Of a stretch of DNA of 59,208 nucleotides, positions 1 to 10,162 are shown one piece after another. The stretch's first letter is position 1. Every line of letters begins with the position of its first letter. The stretch is from Candidatus Hydrogenedentota bacterium (lineage in GTDB: Bacteria > Hydrogenedentota > Hydrogenedentia > Hydrogenedentales > CAITNO01). The DNA is taken from NCBI GenBank assembly GCA_033813475.1, contig JAPXRP010000001.1, positions 1-59,208 on the forward strand, written 5' to 3'. The position numbers and the translations under genes were made by a program. The notes under the pieces were generated by a model. It was not told where the DNA came from, searched no databases, and was given only the letters and a program-made list of their open reading frames with translations.

Positions 1-248
1 GATGTCCCGTTGGGACAACAAAGACAGAATCGCATAACCAAGGGACGTCCATGCCGCTCGCAGGCGTTTCTCGAGGGACATTTTAGTGCGATTGCCCTGG
101 GGTCAAGTCGAATTCCGCCGCCGGACTTGGGATGGGGGCCGGGCGGTTGTTTATACTCCCTCCCAGGCGGCGCCCGTCGCGCGGTGCGGCAGGGAGGCGC
201 GCGCGGGCGCCACAACCCCGGGAGGAACTCGGCGTGTCTGGAAAAACG

Positions 249-2657
249 ATGAAACGCAACACGGGCGCGTGTCTGCTGGCGCTGCTGTCTGGAGGGCTGG
301 TCATGGGTGGGTTTGCGGAGGATGGGGCGGTTAGAAACGCCTGGGCACCCTATTCCATGGAGGAGACGCCGGCAGACTTTTCGGCTTCGTGGATCGGACC
401 CGGGCCGGGCCTGCATTCGGACGCTGCGGGGGAGGTGTTCTTCGTCCGGAAGCGCTTCGAGGTGAAGGACCCGGCGGGGTTCGCGCGGGTGCGGGTGTCG
501 GCGGACAGCCAGTACATCCTGTGGGTGAACGGGCGCGAAGCGGCGCGGGGCCCGGCGCATTTCGACCCGCTGCACCAGGTGTATGACACCCTCGACCTGT
601 CGGGCTTCTTGACGCCGGGGGAGAACGTCCTTGCGGCGGAGGTCATGTACTGGGGCCTGGAGACCAACCGCATCCCCTATTTCCAGTGCAGCGCGAAGCC
701 GGGGTTCCTGTTCGACAGTCCGGCGCTGAAATCGGACGGGACCTGGCGCGCGTGGATCAGTCCAGGCCACACCCCGGCGGGGAAGAAGAACTGCCGCGCG
801 GGCGGGGCGGCCTACTGGTACGAGCGCGTGGACGCGCGGGAAGTCCCCGAGGGGATTCCGTCGCCGGCCTTTGACGACGACGCGTGGCCCCGCGCCGAGG
901 TGATCGGCGACGCGGAGAAGTGGGGCGAGCAGACCGACACGTCCAGCCCGTGGAAACTGTATCCCCGGCGCATCCCCGCGCCGGAGGTGCGCGCCGCGGC
1001 GGCCTGCGTCCCGGTGCAGTCGGGTGCGGTGAAGGGGGACGCGGCGGAGCCGCCCTTCCCCTTTGAGGTTGTCCCGGACGCGGAAGCGCCGTCCCTGCCC
1101 TGGGTGTCCCCCGGCGGCGACAGCACCCGCTATCTCGTGCTGGACGCCGGGGAGCTGGTGAACGGCTATGTGTCGCTGGACATCGAGGGCGCGGCGGGGA
1201 CGGTGGTGGAGGTCATGTACGCCGAGGCCCCGGAGCTCGACCGCAAGAAGGGCCGCCGCGACCGGCTGGAGGAGCGCCGGATCGAGGGATCCGCGGACGT
1301 GTACATTCTCCGGAATGGCCGCCAACTGTACGAGCCCTTCCTGCACCGCACCTTCCGCTTCGCGCGGGTGGCGGTGCGCGGCGAGGACGCCACGGTGCAC
1401 GGGCTGACCCACCGCTGGACGGGCTACCCCTTTGCCGAGCGGGGACGCTTCACCTGCTCCGACGAGACGCTCAACCAGATCTGGCGCACCGGATGGAACA
1501 CCCAGCGGCTGTGCGCCTTTGACACCTTCCAGGACTGCCCCTACTACGAGCGCCTCCAGTACGGCGGCGACACGCGCATCCAGGGGCTCATCACGCTCTA
1601 CGCGTCCGGGGACACGCGGCTGCTGGCGAACGCCGTCCGGCAGTTGCAGGCGTCGTCGCTGCCGGAGGGCCTGACGCAGTCGCGCTATCCCAACCACGTC
1701 TTCCAGGTGATCCCCGGCTATTCCCTCTGCTGGATTCAGATGCTGGACGACTATTACCTCCACACGGGCGACCTGTCGCTGGTGCGCGAGTGCGCCCACA
1801 CCGTGGCGTCGGTGCTGCGATTCTACGAGCGCCACCTGACGGACCAGGGGTTCGCGGCGGACCTGCCCTACTGGAACTTCTACGACTGGACCTATGAGAA
1901 GAGCGGCGTGCCGGACGCCCACGGCGAGAACTGCACCCTCAGCACGATCCACTACAAGGGGGCGCTGGACATAGCGGCGCGGCTCTTCACCGCCCTCGAC
2001 GACCCGCTGACGGCGGAACGGTTCCGGAAGCAGGCGGAGGCGGTGTCCGCCGCCGTCAATGAAAAGGCATGGGACGGGGCCGCGGGCCTCTACCGCGACG
2101 GGATCGCCACCCGCAGTTTCAGCCAGCATGTCAACACCTTCGCCGTGCTGTTCGGCGTGGCGGACGACGCCCGCCGGAAACGGATCGCGGAGAAGCTGTT
2201 TGACGACCCGTCGCTGCGCGGGACCACCTTCTATTTCGCCCACTACCTGCACGAGGCCGCGGAGCGGCTGGGCATGCAGGAGAAGATCATCGCGGACATG
2301 GCCCGCTGGAAGGGCATGCTGGACCTCGGCGCGACGACGTGGTGGGAGACCCCCGACGCCCCGCGCAGCGAGTGCCACGCCTGGAGCGCCACGCCGACCT
2401 ACCGGTTCATGGAGATGATCCTCGGGGTGCGCCCCCTTGCGCCGGGATTTTCACGGGTGCGGGTGCAGCCGTGGACCGGCGATCTGGAGCACGCGGAGGG
2501 GGCGGTGCCGACGCCCCTCGGCGACATCACCGTGCGCTGGCGAAAGGCCCCCGAATTTGAACTGGAGGTGACCCTGCCCGGGGGCATGACCGGGGAAGTG
2601 ACACTTCCCGACGGGCGGACCTTCGAGGCGAAGAACGGCGCGGCGACGTTCCGGTAG
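249..2657 (+). CDS. Exported GH78-like (bacterial alpha-L-rhamnosidase family) six-hairpin glycosidase
   Basis: ORF 132..2657. I trimmed the start to ATG 249, which gives a signal-like N-terminus 'MKRNTGACLLALLSGGLVMGG'. 'QDCPYYERLQYGGDTR' resembles the DCPQRDERxGWxGD block of the clear GH78 at 38107. 'SECHAWSATPTY' lies near the C-terminus. Confidence 0.6.
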   Translation: MKRNTGACLLALLSGGLVMGGFAEDGAVRNAWAPYSMEETPADFSASWIGPGPGLHSDAAGEVFFVRKRFEVKDPAGFARVRVSADSQYILWVNGREAARGPAHFDPLHQVYDTLDLSGFLTPGENVLAAEVMYWGLETNRIPYFQCSAKPGFLFDSPALKSDGTWRAWISPGHTPAGKKNCRAGGAAYWYERVDAREVPEGIPSPAFDDDAWPRAEVIGDAEKWGEQTDTSSPWKLYPRRIPAPEVRAAAACVPVQSGAVKGDAAEPPFPFEVVPDAEAPSLPWVSPGGDSTRYLVLDAGELVNGYVSLDIEGAAGTVVEVMYAEAPELDRKKGRRDRLEERRIEGSADVYILRNGRQLYEPFLHRTFRFARVAVRGEDATVHGLTHRWTGYPFAERGRFTCSDETLNQIWRTGWNTQRLCAFDTFQDCPYYERLQYGGDTRIQGLITLYASGDTRLLANAVRQLQASSLPEGLTQSRYPNHVFQVIPGYSLCWIQMLDDYYLHTGDLSLVRECAHTVASVLRFYERHLTDQGFAADLPYWNFYDWTYEKSGVPDAHGENCTLSTIHYKGALDIAARLFTALDDPLTAERFRKQAEAVSAAVNEKAWDGAAGLYRDGIATRSFSQHVNTFAVLFGVADDARRKRIAEKLFDDPSLRGTTFYFAHYLHEAAERLGMQEKIIADMARWKGMLDLGATTWWETPDAPRSECHAWSATPTYRFMEMILGVRPLAPGFSRVRVQPWTGDLEHAEGAVPTPLGDITVRWRKAPEFELEVTLPGGMTGEVTLPDGRTFEAKNGAATFR

Positions 2658-2661
2658 CGGG

Positions 2662-2845
2662 ATTCACCACGGAGACGCTTGGGAACACAGCGAATGAGGT
2701 CCGGGGCACTGCCGCGTGAGGTCCCTTTCCGCCTTCGCGCCTTTGCGTCTTTGCGTTAATTTTCTTCTCGACGCAAAGACGCGGAGACGCAGAGAGGGGA
2801 ACGGGCGGGATGGGCACCTCTTCCCTCTCCGTGTCCGTGGTGAAT
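2662..2845. repeat. Nested composite palindrome in the intergenic region
   Basis: Outer arms are 'attcaccacggagacg' (2662-2677) and 'cgtgtccgtggtgaat' (2830-2845), with one mismatch. Inner 12-bp stem is 'gcgtctttgcgt' (2735-2746) and 'acgcaaagacgc' (2761-2772). It sits between the stop at 2657 and the start at 2911. Confidence 0.75.
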
Positions 2846-2910
2846 TCCATCCCGCAAACCGTGTATCTTCTGGGATGGAACGGGACGGGGCCCAAGGGAC
2901 GAAAGGCGGA

Positions 2911-4497
2911 ATGATGCGCGGAGTGCTGCACTGGTTTGCGACGGGGCCGGACGCCCCGCCCATCGGCGACATGGCCCGGGTGCGGCAGCTCTACGGGTTC
3001 AAACGCTGGTCCGTGTTTCTCTCCATTCTTCTGGGATACAGCGTCTTCTACGTGTGCCGGCAGTCCTTCGCCATCACCAAGAAGTCCATGCTGGACGAGG
3101 GCATCCTGGACGTCCAGCAGATGGGCAACATCGGCACGGCCCTGCTGATCACCTATGCGGTGGGGAAATTCGTCAACGGCTTTCTCGCGGACCGGGCGAA
3201 TGTGCGGCGCTTCATGGCGACGGGGCTCATGGCGGTGGCGGTGACGGTGGCGCTTTTCGGCGCGAACAAGTACTACGCCCTCTTCTTCCTGCTGTGGGGG
3301 CTCCACGGCTGGTTCCAGTCCATGGGCGCGGTGCCCTCCGGCGTGGCGCTTTCCCAGTGGTTCAGCAACCGGGAGCGCGGCTCGTGGTACAGCTTCTGGA
3401 GCGCCTCCCACAGCATCGGCGAGGGGCTCAGCCTCTTTCTGACCGCCGGGGTGGTCACCTGGCTCGGCTGGCGCTACGGGTTCTGGGCGGCGGCGGCGCT
3501 GGCGGGGGTGGCCGCGCTGGTCATGTACAAGACCCTCTCCGACCGTCCCGAGACCTGCGGCCTGCCCAACGTGGCGGACTACCGGAACGACCACGCCTCG
3601 GACCCGTCGGCGGTTCCGCTGACCACGGCGCAGGCGCAGCGGGAGGTCTTCCGAAACCCCTATGTCTGGATCGTCTGCCTCGCCTCGCTGGCCATGTACA
3701 TCACGCGCTACGGCATGAACAGCTGGGGGGTGCTGTATCTTCAGGAAACCAAAGAATACTCGCTCATGGCCGCCGGCGGCCTGTTGAGCCTGGCCAAAAT
3801 CCTGGAGACCGTGGGCACCGTGGCCTCCGGGTTCATTTCCGACATCTTCTTCAAGTCGCGGCGGTCTGTGATCACCATTGCAAGCTGCGTCTTCATGGTG
3901 GGCGGTCTGGCCCTCTTCGCCATTACCCCGTCAACCGACCTCGGCAGCCTCCCGGGGGACATGCGCCCCCACCTCCACGCGGAGGGCGCCGTGGATCCTG
4001 TCCTGCGGGCGGCGCTTGCGGAGCTGGGCGTTGACACCGACGATGCCACCCGCTTCTCCGTCTCGGGGGACGAGAAGTCCCCGGGATGGGTGCTCCGGTC
4101 CAATTCCTGGTTCTCCGGCTGGGGGGGCTGCCGCGTGGTGGACGCGGGCGACCATCTCCGTGTGTTCAAGAACTACCAGATTCAGCATCTGGTCGGCGCG
4201 TCCATTTACGGCATGGGCATCGGCTGCCTGATTTCCTTTCTGGGCGGGCTGATCGCCATAGACATCTGCTCCAAGAAGGCCAGCGGCGCCGCCATGGGCA
4301 TCGTGGGCATCTTCAGCTACATCGGCGCGACACTCCAGGAGCTGGTGAGCAGCCGCCTGATCCAGGCCGGCATGAGCTCCACGGAGACCGGAGCGGTCAC
4401 CCACGACTTCAGCGGCGCCATGGCCTTCTGGATCGGGTCCGCCGTGGTGTCGCTGGTGCTGTCCTGCTTCCTGTGGAACGCGCGGGCGCGCGACTGA
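2911..4497 (+). CDS. MFS transporter, organophosphate:Pi antiporter (UhpC/GlpT-like) family, with a large extra loop domain
   Basis: ORF 2716..4497. The start is trimmed to ATG 2911, preceded by 'gaaaggcgga'. The N-terminus 'RWSVFLSILLGYSVFYVCRQSFAITKKSM...GKFVNGFLADRANVRRF' aligns by eye with E. coli UhpC. There are multiple hydrophobic helices. Confidence 0.75.
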   Translation: MMRGVLHWFATGPDAPPIGDMARVRQLYGFKRWSVFLSILLGYSVFYVCRQSFAITKKSMLDEGILDVQQMGNIGTALLITYAVGKFVNGFLADRANVRRFMATGLMAVAVTVALFGANKYYALFFLLWGLHGWFQSMGAVPSGVALSQWFSNRERGSWYSFWSASHSIGEGLSLFLTAGVVTWLGWRYGFWAAAALAGVAALVMYKTLSDRPETCGLPNVADYRNDHASDPSAVPLTTAQAQREVFRNPYVWIVCLASLAMYITRYGMNSWGVLYLQETKEYSLMAAGGLLSLAKILETVGTVASGFISDIFFKSRRSVITIASCVFMVGGLALFAITPSTDLGSLPGDMRPHLHAEGAVDPVLRAALAELGVDTDDATRFSVSGDEKSPGWVLRSNSWFSGWGGCRVVDAGDHLRVFKNYQIQHLVGASIYGMGIGCLISFLGGLIAIDICSKKASGAAMGIVGIFSYIGATLQELVSSRLIQAGMSSTETGAVTHDFSGAMAFWIGSAVVSLVLSCFLWNARARD

Positions 4498-4591
4498 GCT
4501 TCGGGAACCGGTGAAACCAGCGCTTGCACACATGTGGTCTGACATGTGACCATTTCGTGCTCTCAGGAAGACACTGCAGGGAGACTCCCCA

Positions 4592-6619
4592 ATGAGAAAC
4601 GGATTTTTGTTCGTTGCGTGGGCTGCCACCGCGGCGGCTGTGGGATGCGGGGCGGCTTTCGCCGCGCCGGGCGCGCTTTCGCTGGACGGCGTCACCGTGG
4701 TGCCGCATCTGATGCTGGACACGATGCGCTACACCAAGGTGCCGGAGCCCGCCGACGGCGCGCGGGTGCAGCTCTTTCTGCGCAACGCCTCGAAGGGGGT
4801 GGTGACCGTGGACGCGGCGTCGCGTCTGCTGTTCGGCGGAAAGGCCCCGGCGGATCTGCTGGCCTCGGAGGACTGGGCGTGGCATGACACGCCCGCCGCG
4901 CAGCAGGTGGGGACGCTGGTCCTCGCGCCGGACACCATGACGGTGTGGACCTTCAACGGCCGCAAGAAGCCCTTTGGTCCCGGCGGAACCTGCACCATGG
5001 CCCTGGGTCCGGAGGACGCCCCCTGGCTGGCGCGGGATATTGAAATCGCCGCGCCGAAACAGTGGATTTCCGCGATCACCTTCCTCGGGCCGGAGGCCGA
5101 CGTCCGCCCCGACACGCTGGTGGTGCACGTTGCCAACGAAGCCGCCGCGCCGCTTGAACTGCGCGGGTGCCGCCTGTGGCTGCCCCTGGACCCGAAGAAC
5201 CCGCGCGTGCTGGCGGCGCAGCCGCCGCTGGCGGAGATCACGCCCTTCAACGGCCACAAGAGCATTCCCACCGGGGACCGTGGCGGGTTCATCGCCCAAA
5301 CAGGCCCGCTCCCCCTGACCTACGCGGTGGTGGAGGTGACCGTGGCCGCAGGCGGCGCCGAGTTTTCGCTCTGGGGCCACCTGCGGGTCCGCAAGGAGGT
5401 CTTCGATATCTCCGGCGGCTGGGTGGGAAGCGATGACGCCCTCAAAAGCGAGGCGTTCCACAAGGCGCTCAAACGGTTCTACGTGAACACGGCGCACATG
5501 GCCTCCGTGCCCGGCTACACGGACACCGAACTGTACGCGAAGTATCCGCTCAAGTACTTCAACTGCCTGGAGCCCGCGCAGTACGACACGGACGAGCTGC
5601 TGCCGCGCATTCACGGCGTGGAGTGCCTGGGCGAGCCGCAGTACGGCGGCGGGCGGCCCGTGCCGCCGCAGGAGGTGTGGGAAAAGCTCTACCCCTACGC
5701 CGCGACGCGCCTGGCCACGACCCTGACAAACAGCGAGGAGCGCATCTGGCGCGACTACGCGGGCCTGAGCGACTTCACGCACTACGACGCCTACCGCGTC
5801 ACCGCGCCGTCGGCGGACGCGTGGTGGAAGTATGACCGCTGGACGGGCGGAAAAATCTACTGGGGATCCCCGCTGGAGACCATCACCGACATGTGCATCT
5901 CCCTGCGCGAGATGACCCGGCCCATGCCCTGCGCGTACTGGTCGCAGGGGCCGCACGAGGGCTGGGGCGTCTACGGCGGCCGCAAGCGCACCTCGCCCAC
6001 CCCCGAGGAGCTGCGCCTCCAGGCGCACCACGCCCTGTCCACCCGCATCACCTCGCTGTACTGGTTCAACCTGAGCCTCAAGACGCTGGTGCAGTGGCGC
6101 GACACGCTGGACGAGCTGGGGCGCGTGGGCCGCGAGATGCGGATGATGGACGACTTCCTGCTGGAGGGCGACGCCTACCGGCACGAACGCGTCAAGAAGG
6201 CGGACGGAAAACTGGACTGGGACCTCAACTCCGTGGCCTGCCCGCGCGGGGCGCTGCTCTTCGCCCTGGACCTCGACTACGACGCCGACCGCAAGGCCCG
6301 CGTGTTCCAGTTCGGCGCGCCCCGGGCCGCCGTGTTCTCCTTCCCGCTGCCCGCGTATCTGGGCGCGCCCGCCGACGTGTTCCGCATGGACGCCGACGGC
6401 GTCCACGATGTCTCCTGGGCGGCAAAGGACGGCGGCGTGGAGATCACCGACACCCGGTCGCTGGTGGGCATTTATGTGGCCGCGCCGGACAAGGAACTCC
6501 GCGGCCGCATGGCGGCGGAACACCAGGCGCTGCTCGCGTATGAGACGGCCCTGAACTTCGACCCGGCCCGCAACGACGCCGACTTCGCCGAACTGGAAAA
6601 CTACCTCGGCGGGAAATAG
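4592..6619 (+). CDS. Exported hypothetical protein (675 aa), no recognisable family
   Basis: Long ORF with protein-like composition and a signal peptide 'MRNGFLFVAWAATAAAVGCGAAFA'. It lies on the same strand between the transporter and the sulfatase. The antisense 704-aa ORF is R/G/P-rich and is rejected. Confidence 0.7.
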   Translation: MRNGFLFVAWAATAAAVGCGAAFAAPGALSLDGVTVVPHLMLDTMRYTKVPEPADGARVQLFLRNASKGVVTVDAASRLLFGGKAPADLLASEDWAWHDTPAAQQVGTLVLAPDTMTVWTFNGRKKPFGPGGTCTMALGPEDAPWLARDIEIAAPKQWISAITFLGPEADVRPDTLVVHVANEAAAPLELRGCRLWLPLDPKNPRVLAAQPPLAEITPFNGHKSIPTGDRGGFIAQTGPLPLTYAVVEVTVAAGGAEFSLWGHLRVRKEVFDISGGWVGSDDALKSEAFHKALKRFYVNTAHMASVPGYTDTELYAKYPLKYFNCLEPAQYDTDELLPRIHGVECLGEPQYGGGRPVPPQEVWEKLYPYAATRLATTLTNSEERIWRDYAGLSDFTHYDAYRVTAPSADAWWKYDRWTGGKIYWGSPLETITDMCISLREMTRPMPCAYWSQGPHEGWGVYGGRKRTSPTPEELRLQAHHALSTRITSLYWFNLSLKTLVQWRDTLDELGRVGREMRMMDDFLLEGDAYRHERVKKADGKLDWDLNSVACPRGALLFALDLDYDADRKARVFQFGAPRAAVFSFPLPAYLGAPADVFRMDADGVHDVSWAAKDGGVEITDTRSLVGIYVAAPDKELRGRMAAEHQALLAYETALNFDPARNDADFAELENYLGGK

Positions 6620-6657
6620 AATGCCCTGAACGCGCGCCGCGCGGAAAGGAGCAAGCC

Positions 6658-8058
6658 ATGGGAAACGACGGCCTGACCCGCAGGGGATTCCTCGGCGCTT
6701 CGGCGGCGGGCGGACTGGCGGCCCTCGCCGCGGGCGGGGCGCGTTCTGCGGCCGGCGAGCCTTCGCCCCGCCCCAATGTCCTCTTCATCAACACGGACCA
6801 GCAGCGGGCCGACACGCTTGGCTGTTCCGGGAATCCGCTGGCGCGGACGCCGCATTTGGACGCGCTGGCCGCGCGCGGCGCGCTGTTCACGTCGTGCTAC
6901 GCGACCCAGCCCGTGTGCTCCCCCTGCCGGTCCAGCATGGTGACGGGGCTCTTTCCAAACGCCACCTCGGTGGTGGAGAACAACATCCCCCTGCCCGCGG
7001 CCCACTTCGCGTGGCCCCGCGCCCTGCGGGACGCGGGGTACCGCACCGCCTACATCGGCAAGTGGCATTTGGGCGTCGAGCCCGTGCCGGACTACTTCGA
7101 CCTGTGGCGGGGCTTCAACACCGGGTGGAAGCACTTCGTCAAGGAGGAGCCCTTCTACGCCGCGCCGGGAGAATCCGACAGCGCCTTCCGGGAGCGGCTG
7201 AAGAAGTCCCCGCCGTCCGTCCCGAAGGGGGAGCGCCTGGTCGGAAAATACCGCCCGGACGTGGAGGCGGACTACGCCCTGGCATTCGTCCGGGAAAACC
7301 GGGACCGGCGCTTCGCCTGCTGGCTGTCCTTCTACCCCCCGCACACGCCCAAGGAGGCCCCCAAAGAAAACATCGCCCTGTACCGGGACAGCGTCCGCCC
7401 GGTGGAGCAGGCGGTCTACCACGCCATGGTCAACCGCATTGACTGGAACGTGGGGCGGGTGCTGGCGGAGCTCGACGCCCTCGGCCTGCGCGAGCGCACG
7501 CTGGTGGTGTTCACCTCCGACCACGGCGAGAATTTCCCCCTCCGCTGGAACGACCACCACAAGCGCCTCTGCTACGACCAGGCGGCGAACGTGCCGCTGA
7601 TCGTCAGCCTGCCGGGCACGCTTCCGGAGGGAACGCGCGTCACCGACCCGGTCAGCGTCGCCGACCTCTGCCCCACCATCGCCGACCTTTGCGGGGTGAC
7701 GGCGCCAAAGGATCTGCACGGGGAGAGCCTGCGGCCCCTGCTGTCGGGCGCGCCGGACGGGGGACGCGGTGAGGCCTTCGTGCAGAACACCCCGTACACC
7801 CCCGGCAAGGGGCGGGACGCGGCCATGCGCGAGCGCTGCGTGGTCACCCGCGACTGGAAACTCATCCTGAACACCGAGCGCCCGCCGGAGCTGTACGACC
7901 GCCGCGCCGCCGCGCCGGACACGGAGAACCTCTTCGGGAAGCCGGAAACCCGCGACACCGCCCGCGCCCTCGCCGCGCGCATGGAGGCCTGGGCCGGCAG
8001 GACCGGCGACACCCTCGCCTCCGCGCTGGTGGAAAAGTGGGCCCCGCAATGGGCATGA
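6658..8058 (+). CDS. Cys-type sulfatase (arylsulfatase A family) with twin-arginine signal
   Basis: 'TRRGFLGASAAGGLAALAAG' is a Tat-like signal. 'NTDQQRAD' and the formylglycine motif 'CSPCRSSMVTG' are present. An RBS 'ggaaaggag' lies upstream. Confidence 0.9.
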   Translation: MGNDGLTRRGFLGASAAGGLAALAAGGARSAAGEPSPRPNVLFINTDQQRADTLGCSGNPLARTPHLDALAARGALFTSCYATQPVCSPCRSSMVTGLFPNATSVVENNIPLPAAHFAWPRALRDAGYRTAYIGKWHLGVEPVPDYFDLWRGFNTGWKHFVKEEPFYAAPGESDSAFRERLKKSPPSVPKGERLVGKYRPDVEADYALAFVRENRDRRFACWLSFYPPHTPKEAPKENIALYRDSVRPVEQAVYHAMVNRIDWNVGRVLAELDALGLRERTLVVFTSDHGENFPLRWNDHHKRLCYDQAANVPLIVSLPGTLPEGTRVTDPVSVADLCPTIADLCGVTAPKDLHGESLRPLLSGAPDGGRGEAFVQNTPYTPGKGRDAAMRERCVVTRDWKLILNTERPPELYDRRAAAPDTENLFGKPETRDTARALAARMEAWAGRTGDTLASALVEKWAPQWA

Positions 8059-10085
8059 CGCGCCTCCCGGCGCTCGCGACGCTGCTTCTGCTTTCGGGGG
8101 CGGCCTTCGCGTTTCCCCCGATGCTCGGGTACACCGAGCTGCGGACGGACCTGCCCGGGGGCCGGCATGGGAACGTGCGCACCATGCGGGCGTCTGTGGT
8201 GAACGCCGACGGCACGGACCGCAGGGAGGTGGGCGGGGAGCTGGCGGACGGACCGGATGTCTGGACCCAGTTCGCCGGGTGGTCGCCGGACGGCCGGCGG
8301 GCGGTGGTCTGCCGGGGCTGGCAGAATCCGGAGAACGCCCGCTGGGAGGAGGAGCACAAGACCTTCCGCATGGAGCCGGGGAAATGGTCCCTGGACTGCT
8401 GCCTCGTGGACCTGGAGACGGGCGCGGTGTTCAACGCCACCGCCGTGGACCGGGTCAGCCACTACAACGGCGGGCTGTTCTTCCTGTCCGACGGTCGCAT
8501 GGGTTTCACCGCCCTGGTGGACGGCGTTTCGAAACCCTTTGTCATGGACGCCGACGGGCGCAACAAGCGCGACGTGTCCGGCGAGGGCGGCGGCTTTGCC
8601 TACGGCTACAGCGCGTCCCCCGACGGGAAGCGCATCAGCTATCACGAGGACTACCAGATCCACATCGCCAACGCCGACGGCACGGACAAGCGGCGGGTGG
8701 AGACCGGCAACCCCTTCAACTTTGGGCCGCGCTGGTCGCCCGACGGGGAATGGATACTCTTTTCCAGCGGGGAACACGGGAAGAGCAACCCGCACGTCGT
8801 GCGGGGCGACGGGACCGGCCTGCGCAAACTGGCGGACCTCAACGGCTATCAGGGATGGATACTCTTCCTTGACGTTCCCGACTTCCACGAGGGCAGCAGC
8901 GACACGCCCGTGTGGTCCGCCGACGGCCGGTCGGTGTGGCACACGGCCCGGGTCGGGGAGAGCGTGGAGCTGTTTCGGACCACGCTGGAGGGGGCGGCGG
9001 AGCAGGTGACCACCCGCCCCGCGGGCACGCTGCACTACCATCCGACGCCCTCGCCGGACGGGCGGTGGCTGGCCTACGGCTCCCAGCGGGACGGGGTCCG
9101 GCAGGTGTTTGTGCGGAACCTGGCGGCGGGGAAGGAGACGCGCGTCACGGACCTGACAGCGGGCCACGCCGCGATGTGGCCGCACTGGCGCCCCGGAAGC
9201 GAGCCTGCGGCTGCTGAACCCCCGCAACGCGCCCCGACCCAGGCCGATGTTGCCTACGGCCCCCACGGACGGCAGGTGTTGGACTTCTACCAGGCCGCCT
9301 CGGAGGGACCCGCGCCCGTGGTGTTGCACATCCACGGCGGCGGCTGGGTCAACGGCGAAAAAAACAATGTGCCGGACCTGGAAGCCTATCTCGCGGCGGG
9401 CATTTCGGTGGTCTCCATCAACTACCGCTACACCTGGCAGGCCCAACTGGCGGGGGTGACACCGCCGGTCGCGTGGCCCCTGGAGGACGCCGCCCGCGCG
9501 CTGCAGTTTCTGCGGAGCCGGGCCGGCGAGTGGAACCTCGACAAACAGCGGATCGGCGCGACCGGCACCTCCGCCGGGGCGTGTTCCAGCCTGTACCTCG
9601 CCCTGCACGACGACCTCGCGGACCCAACCAGCGCGGACCCCGTGGCGCGGGAGTCCACCCGTCTCCGGTGCGCGGCGGTGGACCGCGCCCAGACCTCCCT
9701 CGACCCGGCGCAGCTCCGCGAATGGACGCCGAACAGCCGCTACGGCGGCCACGCCTTCGGGTTCATGGACCCCAGGGACCTCACCACCCGCGACACGCGC
9801 TTTGCCGAGTTTCTGTCGCGCCGCGAGGAGATCCTGCCGTGGATCCGGAGCTATTCGCCCTATGAGCTGGTCTCTTCCGACGATCCGCCGGTTTACCTGA
9901 GCTACCGCGAGGCCCCGGCGCTCGGGCAGGATCAGAAAGACCCCACCCACACGTCCAACTACGGCGCGAAATTCCAGGAACGCTGCCGCGAGGCCGGGGT
10001 GCCCTGCGAGTTCTTCTATCCCGGCGCGCCCGAGGCGCGGCACGCGTCCATTGCGGCGTTTCTGATAGAAACCCTGAAGAGCTGA
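8037..10085 (+). CDS. TolB-like (PD40/WD40-like) beta-propeller fused to an alpha/beta-hydrolase esterase domain
   Basis: Repeated 'WSPDG/ASPDG/PSPDG' blades are seen ([43 protein letters not shown]). The C-terminal half has the oxyanion 'HIHGGGW' and the nucleophile elbow 'GTSAG'. The start is GTG 8037, with ATG 8049 or 8055 as alternatives. It overlaps the sulfatase stop. Confidence 0.8.
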   Translation: MGPAMGMTRLPALATLLLLSGAAFAFPPMLGYTELRTDLPGGRHGNVRTMRASVVNADGTDRREVGGELADGPDVWTQFAGWSPDGRRAVVCRGWQNPENARWEEEHKTFRMEPGKWSLDCCLVDLETGAVFNATAVDRVSHYNGGLFFLSDGRMGFTALVDGVSKPFVMDADGRNKRDVSGEGGGFAYGYSASPDGKRISYHEDYQIHIANADGTDKRRVETGNPFNFGPRWSPDGEWILFSSGEHGKSNPHVVRGDGTGLRKLADLNGYQGWILFLDVPDFHEGSSDTPVWSADGRSVWHTARVGESVELFRTTLEGAAEQVTTRPAGTLHYHPTPSPDGRWLAYGSQRDGVRQVFVRNLAAGKETRVTDLTAGHAAMWPHWRPGSEPAAAEPPQRAPTQADVAYGPHGRQVLDFYQAASEGPAPVVLHIHGGGWVNGEKNNVPDLEAYLAAGISVVSINYRYTWQAQLAGVTPPVAWPLEDAARALQFLRSRAGEWNLDKQRIGATGTSAGACSSLYLALHDDLADPTSADPVARESTRLRCAAVDRAQTSLDPAQLREWTPNSRYGGHAFGFMDPRDLTTRDTRFAEFLSRREEILPWIRSYSPYELVSSDDPPVYLSYREAPALGQDQKDPTHTSNYGAKFQERCREAGVPCEFFYPGAPEARHASIAAFLIETLKS

Positions 10086-10162
10086 CCGGCGCCATCGGGT
10101 TCTTGAGGCGCGCCGGGTTCTTCGTCATAATGGCCCGGCATTCCGCGAACAAAGGAGGCGTC

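Noticed and set aside
132-248. N-terminal extensions given by the ORF track. Examples are 132-248, 2716-2910, 10103-10162, 11653-11787, 14289-14342, 17242-17586, 20779-21141, 52441-52884, 52797-53177 and 57628-57876.
   Set aside because: The extensions are R/G/P-rich or run through upstream genes and repeat elements. Internal starts give signal peptides, RBS-like purine tracts or family-typical N-termini.
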